A stretch of 64,000 bases of DNA from an uncultured Actinomycetota bacterium. GTDB lineage: Bacteria; Actinomycetota; Actinomycetes; JAHEKZ01. Position 1 is the first letter of the stretch, and each line of letters begins with the position of its first letter. The notes beneath the pieces are model-generated. The model ran no database searches and was not told where the DNA came from. It saw only the letters and a program-made list of their open reading frames with translations. The stretch is from positions 2,368,001 to 2,432,000 of the forward strand of contig CAWHIJ010000003.1 in NCBI GenBank assembly GCA_963829525.1, written 5' to 3'. This document shows, one piece after another, positions 39,745 to 50,232 of the stretch. The translations under genes were made by a program, and so were the position numbers.

Positions 39745-41300
39745 ATGTCGACCCCCGACAAGATCACCGAGATCGAAGAGCATGCGCACCGGCCCAAGAG
39801 CCTGGTACTCGCGCTCATCGTGATCTGTACCGCGCAACTGATGGTGGTGCTCGACGCCACGATCGTGAACATCGCACTCCCGAGCATCAAAGACGACCTC
39901 GGCTTCTCGCAGGCCAACCTCCAATGGGTGCTCACCGCCTACACGCTGGCCTTCGGCGGCTTCCTGCTGCTTGGCGGCCGCGCCGGTGACATCCTGGGTC
40001 GTCGCCGCGTCTTCATCTTCGGAATCCTGCTCTTCACTGTCGGCTCACTCGGCGGCGGCTTCGCGTGGAGCGAAGGGTCGCTGCTGGCGTTCCGCGCCAT
40101 CCAGGGACTCGGTGCCGCCATTGCCGCGCCCACCGCACTGTCGCTCATCGCCACCGAGTTCCCCGAGGGCAAAGAGCGCAACCGCGCAATGGGTGTCTAC
40201 GCGGCCATGTCTGGAGCCGGCGCCGCGGTCGGCCTGATCCTCGGTGGAATCCTCACCGAGATCGACTGGCGCTGGGTGATGTTCGTCAACGTCCCGATCG
40301 GGCATATTCATCGCACTCGTGGCGCCACGCGCGCTCACCGAAACCGAACGCCACACTGGCAAGTTCGACCTGCCGGGAGCAATCGCCGCCACCACGGGCC
40401 TGGCCATGCTGGTCTACGGCCTCACCCGCGTCGCCACGGACGTCGGCAAGAACGCCACCGCCGGGATCGCCGATCCAGCGCAGGAGGCTTGGACCAACAC
40501 CACGAACATCGCGATCATCGCCACCTCGGTCGTCATCCTCGCCGTCTTCATCGTCCTCGAGGCACGCAGCCGCCATGCGCTCATGCCGCTGCGAATCTTC
40601 GAGAACCGCAACCGTGCCGGTGCCTACGGCATCATGCTGATCATTGGTGCTGCCATGTTCGGGATGTTCTTCTACCTCACCCAGTTCGTGCAGGAGATTC
40701 TCGGGTACTCGCCGATCAAGGCCGGTTTCGCCTTCCTCCCCGTGAGCGTCTGCATCATCTTGTCCGCGGGTACCGCGTCACAGCTCATCACCCGATTTGG
40801 CGCCAAACCGTTCGCCTTGATCGGGTACTGCCATGACCGCGATCGGCATGATGTGGCTGGCGCAGATCCAGCCTGACTCCACCTACGTCGGAGGCCTGCT
40901 CGGCCCGATGATCGTGTTCGCGCTCGGTCTGGGCTTCACCTTCATGCCGCTGACCTTGGCGGCGGTTTCGCAGATCGACGAGAGTGACGCGGGAATTGCG
41001 TCAGGTGTCCTCAACACCACGCAACAGATCGGTGGATCGATTGGCCTCGCCGCTCTCACCACTGTTTCGGTGACCGTGTTTGCCACTCAGTTCGCCGACT
41101 TCATCAATGGCGGTGGGACGCCCCCGGCATCGGGAGCGCCACTCCCCGCTGAGCTGGTCACCGCTCAGGTCGACGGCTGGACGGCCGCGTTCCAGGTCTC
41201 CGCCTGGCTGGCGGTAGGTGCGTTTATCATCACCATCTTTGCCATCAAGGTGACGAAGGAAGAGGCCGCCCACGCCGGCCCCGTCGGCGGCGCTCACTAG
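39745..41300 (+). CDS. DHA2-type (14-TM) MFS efflux transporter (two frameshifts)
   Basis: VLDATIVNIALP, GRAGDILGRRR, WRWVMFVNVPIG; FDLPGA; ASGVLNTTQQIGG. Confidence 0.88.
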
Positions 41301-41311
41301 TCGACAACCAG

Positions 41312-41357
41312 CAACGTGGTGGTGCGGTCGATCTAGCGGCCGCACCCCACCACGTTG
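41312..41357. terminator. Hairpin between convergent genes
   Basis: caacgtggtggtgcggtcg / cggccgcaccccaccacgttg stem with a bulge. Confidence 0.55.
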
Positions 41358-41362
41358 TTCGT

Positions 41363-42052
41363 TCAGCCGGGCGGCGGAGCGGTGCCACCGAGCCGCTGCG
41401 GTTGCCACCACTGTCCCGCACCGTCATCGGGGTACTCGTCTTGCGCACGTCGCACGAGTGCAATCACCTGTGATCGAAGTTCGGTGGCCGCCGCGTCACC
41501 GGTCAAGGTTGCTTCGATCGGTTCCCCGACGTAGACACTGACCGGTACGCCGCGCTGCTTGAGCGTGGAGTGCTCGTCGTAGGTCCAGAGCCGCTGGCTT
41601 CCCCAGACTGCCACCGGGATGAGCGGCGACTTGGTGGCTTTCGCCAGCCGTTCGGCCCCGGTCTTGAACTCCTTGGGCTCGAACGGCCGACTGATCGTTG
41701 CCTCCGGGAAGAGCCCGACCACCTCACCCGCCTTGAGCGCATCGAGCGCATCGCGAAAGCTCTGCATTCCCGCCTCACGGTCGACCGAGATATGGTGCAT
41801 GCCGCGCATCAAAGGCCCCGCCAACCAGTGAGCGAAGATCGGCTCCTTGGCCATGAACCGCACGTAGCGCCGCGACTGTCGAGCACCGAGGCCCACAAAT
41901 ATGAAGTCGAGGTGGCTGACGTGGTTCGACGCCATGACCGCAGATCCAAGGGCAGGAACGTGTTCGCCGCCCTCGACGCGAAGCTGTAGACCCAGAGCCT
42001 TAAAGGCGGTGAGGGTTGCAGCAATCACTGGTGGGTAGACAAGTTCAGACAC
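41363..42052 (-). CDS. Lysophospholipid acyltransferase (PlsC family)
   Basis: NHVSHLD (HX4D), FMAK, FPEATIS; TAGGCT 7 nt before the GTG at 42052. Confidence 0.9.
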   Translation of the reverse strand: MSELVYPPVIAATLTAFKALGLQLRVEGGEHVPALGSAVMASNHVSHLDFIFVGLGARQSRRYVRFMAKEPIFAHWLAGPLMRGMHHISVDREAGMQSFRDALDALKAGEVVGLFPEATISRPFEPKEFKTGAERLAKATKSPLIPVAVWGSQRLWTYDEHSTLKQRGVPVSVYVGEPIEATLTGDAAATELRSQVIALVRRAQDEYPDDGAGQWWQPQRLGGTAPPPG

Positions 42053-42083
42053 GGCAGTGAGCCTATCTGGGGACAATTCGGGT

Positions 42084-42896
42084 TTAGCGCGAGCGAACGG
42101 GAACGAAGCTCTGGGCAACGAGAAGAGCTGCATCGGCGCCTTCGGCGGCGAGAACGGCCGCCACGTGGTCCTCAACCGCTGACAACATCATTTCCGGGTC
42201 ACCCCGGTGCACCAGGCCACGCTTCTTTGCGATGACGGCAATCACCGTCGCGCGATGGATCGTCGCCCGGCGAGTTGACAGCTCACCCTCGTCAGCATCG
42301 GGGAACGCGTGCACAACCCCGTCACCGGCCGCGAGCTCGAGAAGTGCCGACCCAGCTCGGCGGCCGACTCGACCAGACTCAAGATGCCCAGACTCAAGAT
42401 GCCCAGACTCAAGGTGCCCAGCCGAAAGATGTGGGGCACCGAGGTTGAGCGCCCACACCGTCGCGTCCCCCACAGGGTGGACTACCTGAGAAGCGAACCG
42501 AGCGGCCTGCTCCCACCTGCCCGATTGCCAGCACGCCGCGACGCAGGTCTCGACCAGGTCGGCGATGCGTTCGTCAGATGCCCGCCACTCGAGCCATTCA
42601 CCGAGGCCGGCACGGCGAGCGGCCTCCGCCAGGTGCAGATCACTGGCCGCGGCCGTCGCCTCCCGGCTTACGCAGGCAGGGCATTGGGGCTCGGCCCACA
42701 CGTGGACCGCGAGGATGACGTCGAGCACCGAGTCGCCGAGGAACTCCATCCGCTGAAACTGCCGACCACGCCCGTCTCGCACGGCGTGCAGTGCCTCCTC
42801 ACTCGAAAGAGGCCCCAACACGGCTTCGATCTGGCCGCGTTCGGCGGCGGTCACCACGGCTCGAAGCCTCGGCGGCGGAGTATCCGGCAACGTCAC
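42084..42896 (-). CDS. Protein with two tandem RNase III-like domains and no dsRBD
   Basis: Domain A: QRMEFLGDSVL and ADLVE. Domain B: AGSALLEL..FPDADEGELSTRRA and LSAVEDHVAAVLAAEG. GTG overlaps the sbcC stop (GTGA). Confidence 0.8.
   Translation of the reverse strand: MTLPDTPPPRLRAVVTAAERGQIEAVLGPLSSEEALHAVRDGRGRQFQRMEFLGDSVLDVILAVHVWAEPQCPACVSREATAAASDLHLAEAARRAGLGEWLEWRASDERIADLVETCVAACWQSGRWEQAARFASQVVHPVGDATVWALNLGAPHLSAGHLESGHLESGHLESGRVGRRAGSALLELAAGDGVVHAFPDADEGELSTRRATIHRATVIAVIAKKRGLVHRGDPEMMLSAVEDHVAAVLAAEGADAALLVAQSFVPVRSR
42373..42417. repeat. Three in-frame 15-bp tandem repeats encoding (GHLES)3
   Basis: ccagactcaagatgc twice plus ccagactcaaggtgc. Confidence 0.9.
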
Positions 42897-45878
42897 GCAG
42901 AGACCACCAGCCGGCTGGAACCATCCCGGTTCGGCACCACAGTGATGCGCTCAGCAATACGCTCTTTGAGCTCAGGGACATGGCTGACGATGCCGACGAC
43001 GCGCCCACTGGTTCCAAGACCAGAAAGCACCGAAAGCACGTTGTCCAAGGTGTCCGGGTCCAGCGAACCGAAGCCCTCGTCGACGAACAGCGTCCCGAGG
43101 TCGACGCCACCAGCCTCCGCCGTCACGACGTCTGCCAGCCCGAGGGCCATCGCAAGTGAGCAGTAGAAGGTCTCGCCTCCCGAGAGCGTCCCCGGATCGC
43201 GTAGCTGGTCGGTGTGGGTGTCGCGCACGCGCAGCCCGAGACCGCTCCGCTTGTTGCCCTCACGGTCTTCGACGTGCTCAAGGGTGTAGCGACCATCACT
43301 CATGGTGGCAAGCCGATCGTTTGCCGACGCCACGACGTCGGCGAATCGTTCACGCAGCACGAATGTCGGCAGGCTCATCGACCGCACGTTGTCTGGCGGT
43401 AGACCCGCTCACCAGATCGGCCATTCGAATCACCGGCGCCGTCGATCGCTCAATCTCGGCGTGGGCGGTCAGCGCCGCATCGACCTCAGCGGCGCGCAGG
43501 ACGCTGTCATCAAGGCGCTGCCGAAGCTGGGCGAGCTGATCGTGCACGGCCTGTTGAGCAGCCTCGGAGTGAGCAACCACTGCGTCGGCAGCCCGCACGT
43601 CGATCACCTCATTGACGTCGACGTCGACAAGATCTGGGGCTGAAAGCTCGGCGCCAAGCTGAGCTCGTCGTCGGTCGGTCGCGTCGAGACTTTCGACAAG
43701 GGCAGACCTCTCACTCTCCTCAAGTCGAGCCGCTATCACCTCGTCGCGAGTGTCGAAGGGAGCGTCCGCCAGCTCAGTGGCCCACTCCGATGCCCGTATG
43801 TCGCAGTCGGCCTTCGCCGACTCTGCCGTCTGGGATGCCTCGGCCGCTGCGGCGAAGGAGTCGGCCTCCGCGTGGAGCGCCGCGATTCGCTCGGCAATAG
43901 ATCCGTGTCCCTCCAGTGCTGCAGCGACTCGCTGCTCGTCAGACTCCACCGCTTCCTTTGCAGCCTGAACCTCGGTCTGCAGCCGAGCTGACGCACCAGC
44001 AAGCTCAACACTGGCGGTGCGGTGCCGGGCGATGTCCTGCTCACGAGCGGCGATGTCAGCCTCGATCCGCTCGGCGTCCTGGGTGGCGATCTCCAGGTCA
44101 GCCACGGCAAGGTCGGCATTGACCAGCGCCAGCTGCGCCTCAGCAACTGAGACGCCATCAGCCCGGCCACGCAACTCTGCGAGCTCAGCTGCGACCTTGT
44201 TCGCCTCAGCCGAAGTCGCCTCGAGCGCGGCGGTCGCCTCGGCCAATCGCTCGGCGGCTGCGTCGACGTCCGACCGGGTCACATCGCCCGGCTTGCGCGC
44301 TGCTGGACGGGGGTGTTGGCGCGATCCACACACCGGACAAGGTTCGTCGGCGACCAGCCCAGATGCGATGTATCCCGCCATCCCGTCAAGGAAACGGCGA
44401 CGGATGTCGGTCTCTTCGGCCAGGCACTGCTGGGCAAGCTGGTGGGCTGCCTCTCGTGCTGCACCGGTCTCGGCTGCACGACCTTGCGAGGCGTCCAGCT
44501 CGGCGGTAGCCGCCAGCACCGCTGCCGCTGCCCGACGTGCGTCCGGCGCCCCAGTCCGCTCGCCACGTAGTGTCAACGCCGCCGCAAGTTGCTGCCGGAG
44601 GTCGGTGAGGACGGCGGGCGCCAGGACAAGTACCTCGTCGGCCTCCCTGCGCCGTCGCTCGACTTCGTCCTGCTCCGCTACCAGGACGGTCAGCCTCTGA
44701 ACACGCCCCGACAGCGTCAGCTCAAGCTCACGCAGCGCGGCAAGCTCGGCAGCGCGGTCCCGGAGGGAGCGTTCGCGTTGGTGCCATGTCTCTGCAGCCG
44801 ATTGCGGTTCAGCCAGGGCGGAGCGTCGTTCTGCCAGCACCGCAGCTGCTACATCGCGACGTTGCTCTGCCGCGGCTAATCCGTCGAGGAGTGGGACCAG
44901 CCGGGTCGCATCGTCAGCTCGAATCAGCCGAGCGCGGTCGGCGTCTCGCTGGTCAGCGAGGGAATCATGGGCGGCTAGTTCACCGCGCAGTGCAACCACA
45001 CGCCGTCGGGCTCGTTCGCGGGCCAGGCAGTCCGTCGCTCGCTTCCGTGCTTCCTCGACGATGCTCGTTGCCGAGGCGGCGGTAGCAGCAACTGTCTCAA
45101 CCTCGCGTCCCAGCTGATCAATCTGTTCGGCGGTTGCCCCGCCCAGCCCTCCTGCGGGCTTCTCGACAAGTGCAGCTTCGGCTTCCTCGTCGAGCCCGGC
45201 AGCTCCGCAGTAGGCACGAATGGCGCCAGCCACTGCAACGGCTGCGGCCACCTTGGACTGCCGCGCTGCCCTTCGTTGATCGACGAGCCGTTCAAGAACG
45301 GTGTCGTAGATCTCCGTTCCAAAGAGCCGCTGCAACAGCTCGCGCCGCACCTCAGGGGCTGACCGCAAGAACGTGGCGAACTCGCCTTGCGGGAGAACCA
45401 CGGTCTGGACGAACTGCTCCTGCGTCAGCCCCACGATCCTTGTCACCTCGCCGCCCACCTCGTCCAGCCTGGTGGATATGGGCTCACCGAGATCGGTGGA
45501 CGCGGCGCCCGGTGATGCGAGGAGCCAAAGCTTGGCCGACGCATTTTCTGTCGTCGTTCCGTCGCCGCGTCGTTTGGCGCGCTCGTGCTTAGGGGTGCGA
45601 CGGATGCGGTACATGCCATGGGCTGTGCTGAAGTCCAGCTCGACGAACGGCGTGACGTCTGGCCCTGCGACGTCGGAGTGCATGCGGTCAGCACTGGAGG
45701 TGCGCCCAGCCACGTCACCATAGAGCGCGAAGACGATTGCATCGATCAGCGTGGACTTACCGGCACCGGTCGGGCCTTCGAGCAGGAACAGACCCGAGGC
45801 GGCCAGCCGCTCGACGTCGACTTCGCAGGTCTGGGCGAACGGCCCGATCGCACAGAGGGTGAGGCGGTGCAGCTGCAT
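42893..45878 (-). CDS. sbcC: SbcC/Rad50-like SMC ATPase (frameshift near 43385)
   Basis: Walker A GPTGAGKS, LPQGEFA Q-loop, long coiled coil, zinc hook CPVCGS; in the next frame LSGGE, LFVDEGFGSLD and VSH. Confidence 0.92.
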
Positions 45879-47071
45879 CAGGCGCTCCGGCCCTCGGCAA
45901 GTGCCCACTCATAGGCACTGGTGAACGTGACGAGCTCGGCCGATGAGATGTCACCACCGGTGACGTAGCGGACAAAGGCTTCGGCCACCTCCGCCGGCTG
46001 AGCCGGGACTTGTGACGATCGATCCTTCTGTTCGACAAGCGGACCGCACGCCGGAACGTGCCGGATCACCAGTGCCTCGGAGAACCTGTCTCGAACTTTG
46101 GCGACCATTTCAGATGGACGCGCCGCGTCAGTCACCGACACCTGCACCCAGGCGTGGGTGACGCTAATGAACTCATCCGAGGTGAGCAGCTCATCGAGAG
46201 TGCCGCCGATAGACGCCATATCTCGTGGTTGCTGCACAACCACCGACTCAGTGCCGCCAAAACCGTTGGGGCCTAGGTCGACCACCAGAAGCTGTTTTTG
46301 CTGGTTGACCTCGCTGAACGAGTAGCGCACCGGGGAGCCGGAGTACCGGACGTTCTCGCGTCCCACGCGCTGTGCCCCGTGCAAGTGTCCAAGTGCTACA
46401 TAGTCGAAGCCGCTGAAGACCTCACTAGGGACGCTGTCGACACCACCGACTCTGATGTCGCGCTCGCTGTCGCTGCGCTCGCTGTCGCCTTCGGTGCCCC
46501 GCACCTCTGCCGCCACGACGAACGCATGGGCCATGACCACCGCTCGCGACGCCGGCTCGGTAGCGCGACGAGCAGCGAGGTCGCCCCTGACTCGGTTCAT
46601 GGCCGCCGTCATGACGGCCTCGTGCGACCGCTCCAGCGGTTGGCCGCCATCGCTGAGCGCATGTCGAGCGACATCGGGGTCGAGAAAGGGAATCGGGTAG
46701 ACCAACACCGGACCAGCGGCATCGTGCAGCTGAATGGGAGTGCCAACAGCGCTCAACTCGGTGACGATATGGACGCCGTCGCGGAACAGGTCGGAGCCGA
46801 CACCCAAGCGCGTGGCTGAGTCATGGTTGCCAGGGATGACGATCACCGGAACGAGGGCGGAGAGCTCTTTGAGCGCATCCGACCAGAGGCGCACAGATCT
46901 CACGGGCGGCACCGCACGGTCATAGACGTCTCCAGCGATGAGCACCACATCCACCGAATAGCGCCTCACGCTGTCGACAACCTGATCGACTACGTGCTGC
47001 TGTGCCTCGTGCAGATCAACGCCGTGCAGTCCACGGCCCAGATGCCAGTCAGACGTGTGCAGCAGGCGCAT
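45878..47071 (-). CDS. sbcD: SbcD/Mre11-like nuclease
   Basis: LHTSDWHLG, AGDVYD, GNHDS, AHAFV, ALGHLH, YSGSP; TGATG overlap with sbcC. Confidence 0.95.
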   Translation of the reverse strand: MRLLHTSDWHLGRGLHGVDLHEAQQHVVDQVVDSVRRYSVDVVLIAGDVYDRAVPPVRSVRLWSDALKELSALVPVIVIPGNHDSATRLGVGSDLFRDGVHIVTELSAVGTPIQLHDAAGPVLVYPIPFLDPDVARHALSDGGQPLERSHEAVMTAAMNRVRGDLAARRATEPASRAVVMAHAFVVAAEVRGTEGDSERSDSERDIRVGGVDSVPSEVFSGFDYVALGHLHGAQRVGRENVRYSGSPVRYSFSEVNQQKQLLVVDLGPNGFGGTESVVVQQPRDMASIGGTLDELLTSDEFISVTHAWVQVSVTDAARPSEMVAKVRDRFSEALVIRHVPACGPLVEQKDRSSQVPAQPAEVAEAFVRYVTGGDISSAELVTFTSAYEWALAEGRSA

Positions 47072-47077
47072 GCGCTG

Positions 47078-47099
47078 ACGCTACCGACCGGCGCCGACA
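47078..47099 (-). promoter_or_regulatory. PafBC/RecA-NDp-type DNA-damage promoter of sbcD
   Basis: TGTCGG-cgccggtcgg-TA-gcg-T followed by 6 nt and the ATG; exact match to TGTCGG-N10-TA-N3-T. Confidence 0.8.
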
Positions 47100-47144
47100 G
47101 AACGCGGGAGGCAGGCGTGGGATCTTTGGTGCGGAGCGGATCGA

Positions 47145-47750
47145 TCAGTAGATCTGTGAACCTGAACCCAAAGCAGCCGAGACGCCTGGTGCAGCATTCA
47201 GTGGGGCAGCGACGACAACGTTGCCGTGACGGACCCAACCGATCGCCGAGTTCGTCTGCGGGTCTTTGAGGAGTGCCGCGACCCACTTCTCAGCCTCGGC
47301 GGGCGACTCGAAGAGTCTGACCGCCATCGTGGCGTTGCAGGTGGCAACGTCCCCTGACACCGCCGCCCCGTTGCACACGATCCCGCCGTCCTCGAGGGCG
47401 GAAATCACCATTGTCGGATCGGACACGCTCGCCGGTAGGCCACTTTCACCGGATCCACTAAGTGCCCCAGCGGCCCATACCGCGCCGGCTGCAACTGCCA
47501 GTGCCAGGACCGCGCCGGTAACGATCTTGCCCTTGCCGCTTCCCCGGGGGGCTTCGGTGGTCTCCGCTTCCGCCGAGTCGTCGACGGGCTCCTGGGGAAC
47601 CTGGTCGAGCTCAGGATCGAGGACGGGCTCAACCACTCCGTCTGGGAGGACCGCGTCTTCGGCAGCCGAATCGGCGATCAGGGCGTCCTCAGCGAGCACT
47701 GTGCCCTCGGCCGCCTCGTCGACGGACTCGGACTTCTTGCGTGCGGACAC
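47145..47750 (-). CDS. Hypothetical single-pass membrane protein
   Basis: Acidic N-terminus, one TM segment, C-terminal domain with two Cys; RBS ggagg. Confidence 0.65.
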   Translation of the reverse strand: MSARKKSESVDEAAEGTVLAEDALIADSAAEDAVLPDGVVEPVLDPELDQVPQEPVDDSAEAETTEAPRGSGKGKIVTGAVLALAVAAGAVWAAGALSGSGESGLPASVSDPTMVISALEDGGIVCNGAAVSGDVATCNATMAVRLFESPAEAEKWVAALLKDPQTNSAIGWVRHGNVVVAAPLNAAPGVSAALGSGSQIY

Positions 47751-47875
47751 GTAACCTCCCAGGTAGTCCCTGCGCTGGAATCGGCTCGCGGACGGTTGAG
47801 CCTTCGCCCTCGTCACCCGTTCGGCCCAGTCCCAGAAGGGGACAGTTCAGTCACAGAGGTGGCCCACCTGGTCGG

Positions 47876-47901
47876 TCAACCTGCTGCCTCCAACAGCCGA
47901 A
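47876..47901 (+). promoter_or_regulatory. Putative sigma28/WhiG-like promoter
   Basis: TCAAC-N15-GCCGAA upstream of ORF 47948. Confidence 0.5.
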
Positions 47902-47947
47902 ACACCAAGTGGGAAGCATGGGGATTCACGTGGGGAAGGGGCCGAGC

Positions 47948-48220
47948 ATGTCGGCAGCAGCAGACCGGATTGACATTTTGGACGAGGCAGGGCGATCGAT
48001 TGGCTGGGTCGACCCTCGCTCTGGCGCCCGCAACCTCAGCGACCCCGATCACGCCAAGGAGTTCGCCGAGATGGTCGACTTCTGGTTGACGACTGCTGGT
48101 GTCGACGGACCCGACGACGGCACCAGAGCGCCGACCGACCGATGGTCAGTCGCTGAGGTGCGTTTCCCCGACCCCCCAGTAATCCGGAGCCTGCTCATAC
48201 CGTTGCGCCCCCTCAGCTGA
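47948..48220 (+). CDS. Small hypothetical protein (90 aa)
   Basis: RBS-like aaggg; DRIDILDEAGRSIGWVDPRSG recalls the N-terminal domain of actinobacterial NERD proteins (weak). Confidence 0.55.
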   Translation: MSAAADRIDILDEAGRSIGWVDPRSGARNLSDPDHAKEFAEMVDFWLTTAGVDGPDDGTRAPTDRWSVAEVRFPDPPVIRSLLIPLRPLS

Positions 48221-48242
48221 CTCCTTTCGGCAAGATAGAGGC

Positions 48243-50222
48243 GTGACCGACACCCCTCTCTGGATTCCCACCCCGGATCAGACGCGACGCACGCAGGTCC
48301 ACGCTTTTCGCTGCGAGGTCGCAGACTCGTACGGAATCGACCTGCCAGACACCGCTGCCCTGCACTCCTGGTCGACCACGTCCGTCGGCGACTTCTGGGA
48401 CGCGGTCTTCAGCCGCTGGATCCTCGGTGACCGCGGCGCGGAACCAGCGCGAGTCGGCGACGACATGGAGGGAACCCACTTCTTCCCCGACGCGGCCGTC
48501 AGCTATGCAGAGAACCTGCTCGCAGGTGCCGACCGATCCGGGGCCGGCCCGGGTGCCACCGCCGTTACCTTCATTCGCGAGGACGACGTCCGCCGCACGC
48601 TCTCGTGGACCGAGCTCACCGACCACGCCTACGCCTTCGCCGCCTTCCTGCGGGCCAATGGCGTCGGCCCAGGTGACCGCGTCGCTGCATGGCTGCCAAA
48701 CACACCCGAGGTCCTCGTCGCCATGCTTGGCACGTCTCTTGTGGGTGGGGTGTTCACGTCGACATCCCCCGACTTTGGCGTTGCCGGAGTCCTCGATCGG
48801 TTCGGCCAAGTCGAACCCAAGGTGTTGGTCGGAACCGACGGCTACGTCTACGCGGGCAAGCACCAGCCGCGGCTCGAAAGACTGACCGACGTCGCCGCTG
48901 GTCTGCCCACCGTCGTGGTCACCGTCGTGGTCGGTGAGCTCGAGGCGAGCCCTGACTTGGCCACGCTGCCTTCTGCCGTGTTGTGGTCGGACGCGCTTAG
49001 CACCGGAAGAGAGCTCCCTCGGCCCGAACCGGTGCGGCTGCCGTTCTCTGCTCCCGGATTCATCCTCTACAGCTCGGGGACGACCGGAGCGCCCAAATGC
49101 ATAGTGCACAGCGGCGCTGGCCTCGCGCTCAAGCATGCAGTCGAACAACGCCTGCAGAGCGACATCGGATCAGGAGACGTGGTCTTCTACTTCACCACCT
49201 GCGGATGGATGATGTGGAACTGGCTCGTCTCTGCGCTTTCCTGCGGTGCGTCACTGGTGCTCTACGACGGCTCACCGTTCCACCCCGCCCCTGACCGGCT
49301 CTGGGACCTCGTCGACGAGTTTGGCATCACGTTTTTCGGTACCTCGGCCAAGTACATCGATGCCTCACGGAAGGCGGGAGTGACTCCGCGTGAGACGCAC
49401 GGCCTGGAGAGCATGCGGACCATCGCGTCCACCGGTTCTCCCTTGGTGGCCGAAGGCTTCGAGTACGTCTACAAGTCGATCAAGGCTGACGTGCACCTGG
49501 CGTCCATCTCGGGCGGCACAGACATCTGCGGCTGTTTTGTAGCGGGCGACCCCACCCTGCCGGTCTACCGTGGTGAGATCCAGGGGCCTGTGCTCGGTAT
49601 GGCAGTTGACGTCTTCGACGAGAACGGCGAGTCCCTCCGCGACTCTCCCGGATCTCACGGTGAGCTGGTTTGCACCCAGCCTTTCCCCTCGATGCCGGTC
49701 GGATTCTGGAACGACCCGGCCGGAGAGCGCTACCACAATGCCTACTTCAGCCGGTTTCCTGGGATCTGGGCGCACGGCGATTTCGCCTCTTGGACGTCAC
49801 ACGACGGACTGGTGATTCACGGCCGCTCAGATGCGACACTCAACGCCGGTGGCGTTCGCATCGGGACGGCCGAGATCTACCGACAGGTCGAGCGGCTCCC
49901 CGAGGTGCTGGAGGCATTGGCCGTTGGCCAGGAGTGGGATGACGACACGCGCATCGTGCTCTTCGTGCGGCTGGCCGATGGCGCGACGCTCGATGCCCAA
50001 CTGGTCGGGAACATCAAGCGGACCCTTCGGGAGAACTGCTCGCCGCGACACGTCCCGGCCAAGATCGTCGCCGTCCACGACCTCCCAAGGACGCGCAGCA
50101 ACAAGCTGGCTGAGCTGGCGGTCGCCGACGTAGTTCATGGTCGGGAAGTTCGCAACAAAGAAGCGCTGGCGAACCCAGAGTCGCTGGAATACTTCCGAGA
50201 CGTCCCCGACCTGGCCACCTGA
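48243..50222 (+). CDS. Acetoacetate--CoA ligase
   Basis: SYAENLL, YSSGTTGAPKCIVH, GWMMWNW, SISGGTD, GRSDATLN. Confidence 0.92.
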   Translation: MTDTPLWIPTPDQTRRTQVHAFRCEVADSYGIDLPDTAALHSWSTTSVGDFWDAVFSRWILGDRGAEPARVGDDMEGTHFFPDAAVSYAENLLAGADRSGAGPGATAVTFIREDDVRRTLSWTELTDHAYAFAAFLRANGVGPGDRVAAWLPNTPEVLVAMLGTSLVGGVFTSTSPDFGVAGVLDRFGQVEPKVLVGTDGYVYAGKHQPRLERLTDVAAGLPTVVVTVVVGELEASPDLATLPSAVLWSDALSTGRELPRPEPVRLPFSAPGFILYSSGTTGAPKCIVHSGAGLALKHAVEQRLQSDIGSGDVVFYFTTCGWMMWNWLVSALSCGASLVLYDGSPFHPAPDRLWDLVDEFGITFFGTSAKYIDASRKAGVTPRETHGLESMRTIASTGSPLVAEGFEYVYKSIKADVHLASISGGTDICGCFVAGDPTLPVYRGEIQGPVLGMAVDVFDENGESLRDSPGSHGELVCTQPFPSMPVGFWNDPAGERYHNAYFSRFPGIWAHGDFASWTSHDGLVIHGRSDATLNAGGVRIGTAEIYRQVERLPEVLEALAVGQEWDDDTRIVLFVRLADGATLDAQLVGNIKRTLRENCSPRHVPAKIVAVHDLPRTRSNKLAELAVADVVHGREVRNKEALANPESLEYFRDVPDLAT

Positions 50223-50232
50223 ACGCCGCGGG

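Noticed and set aside
42084-42896. Calling the ORF canonical rnc or Mini-III
   Set aside because: It has no dsRBD, is not in the usual rnc neighbourhood, and is about twice Mini-III length with a second degenerate domain.
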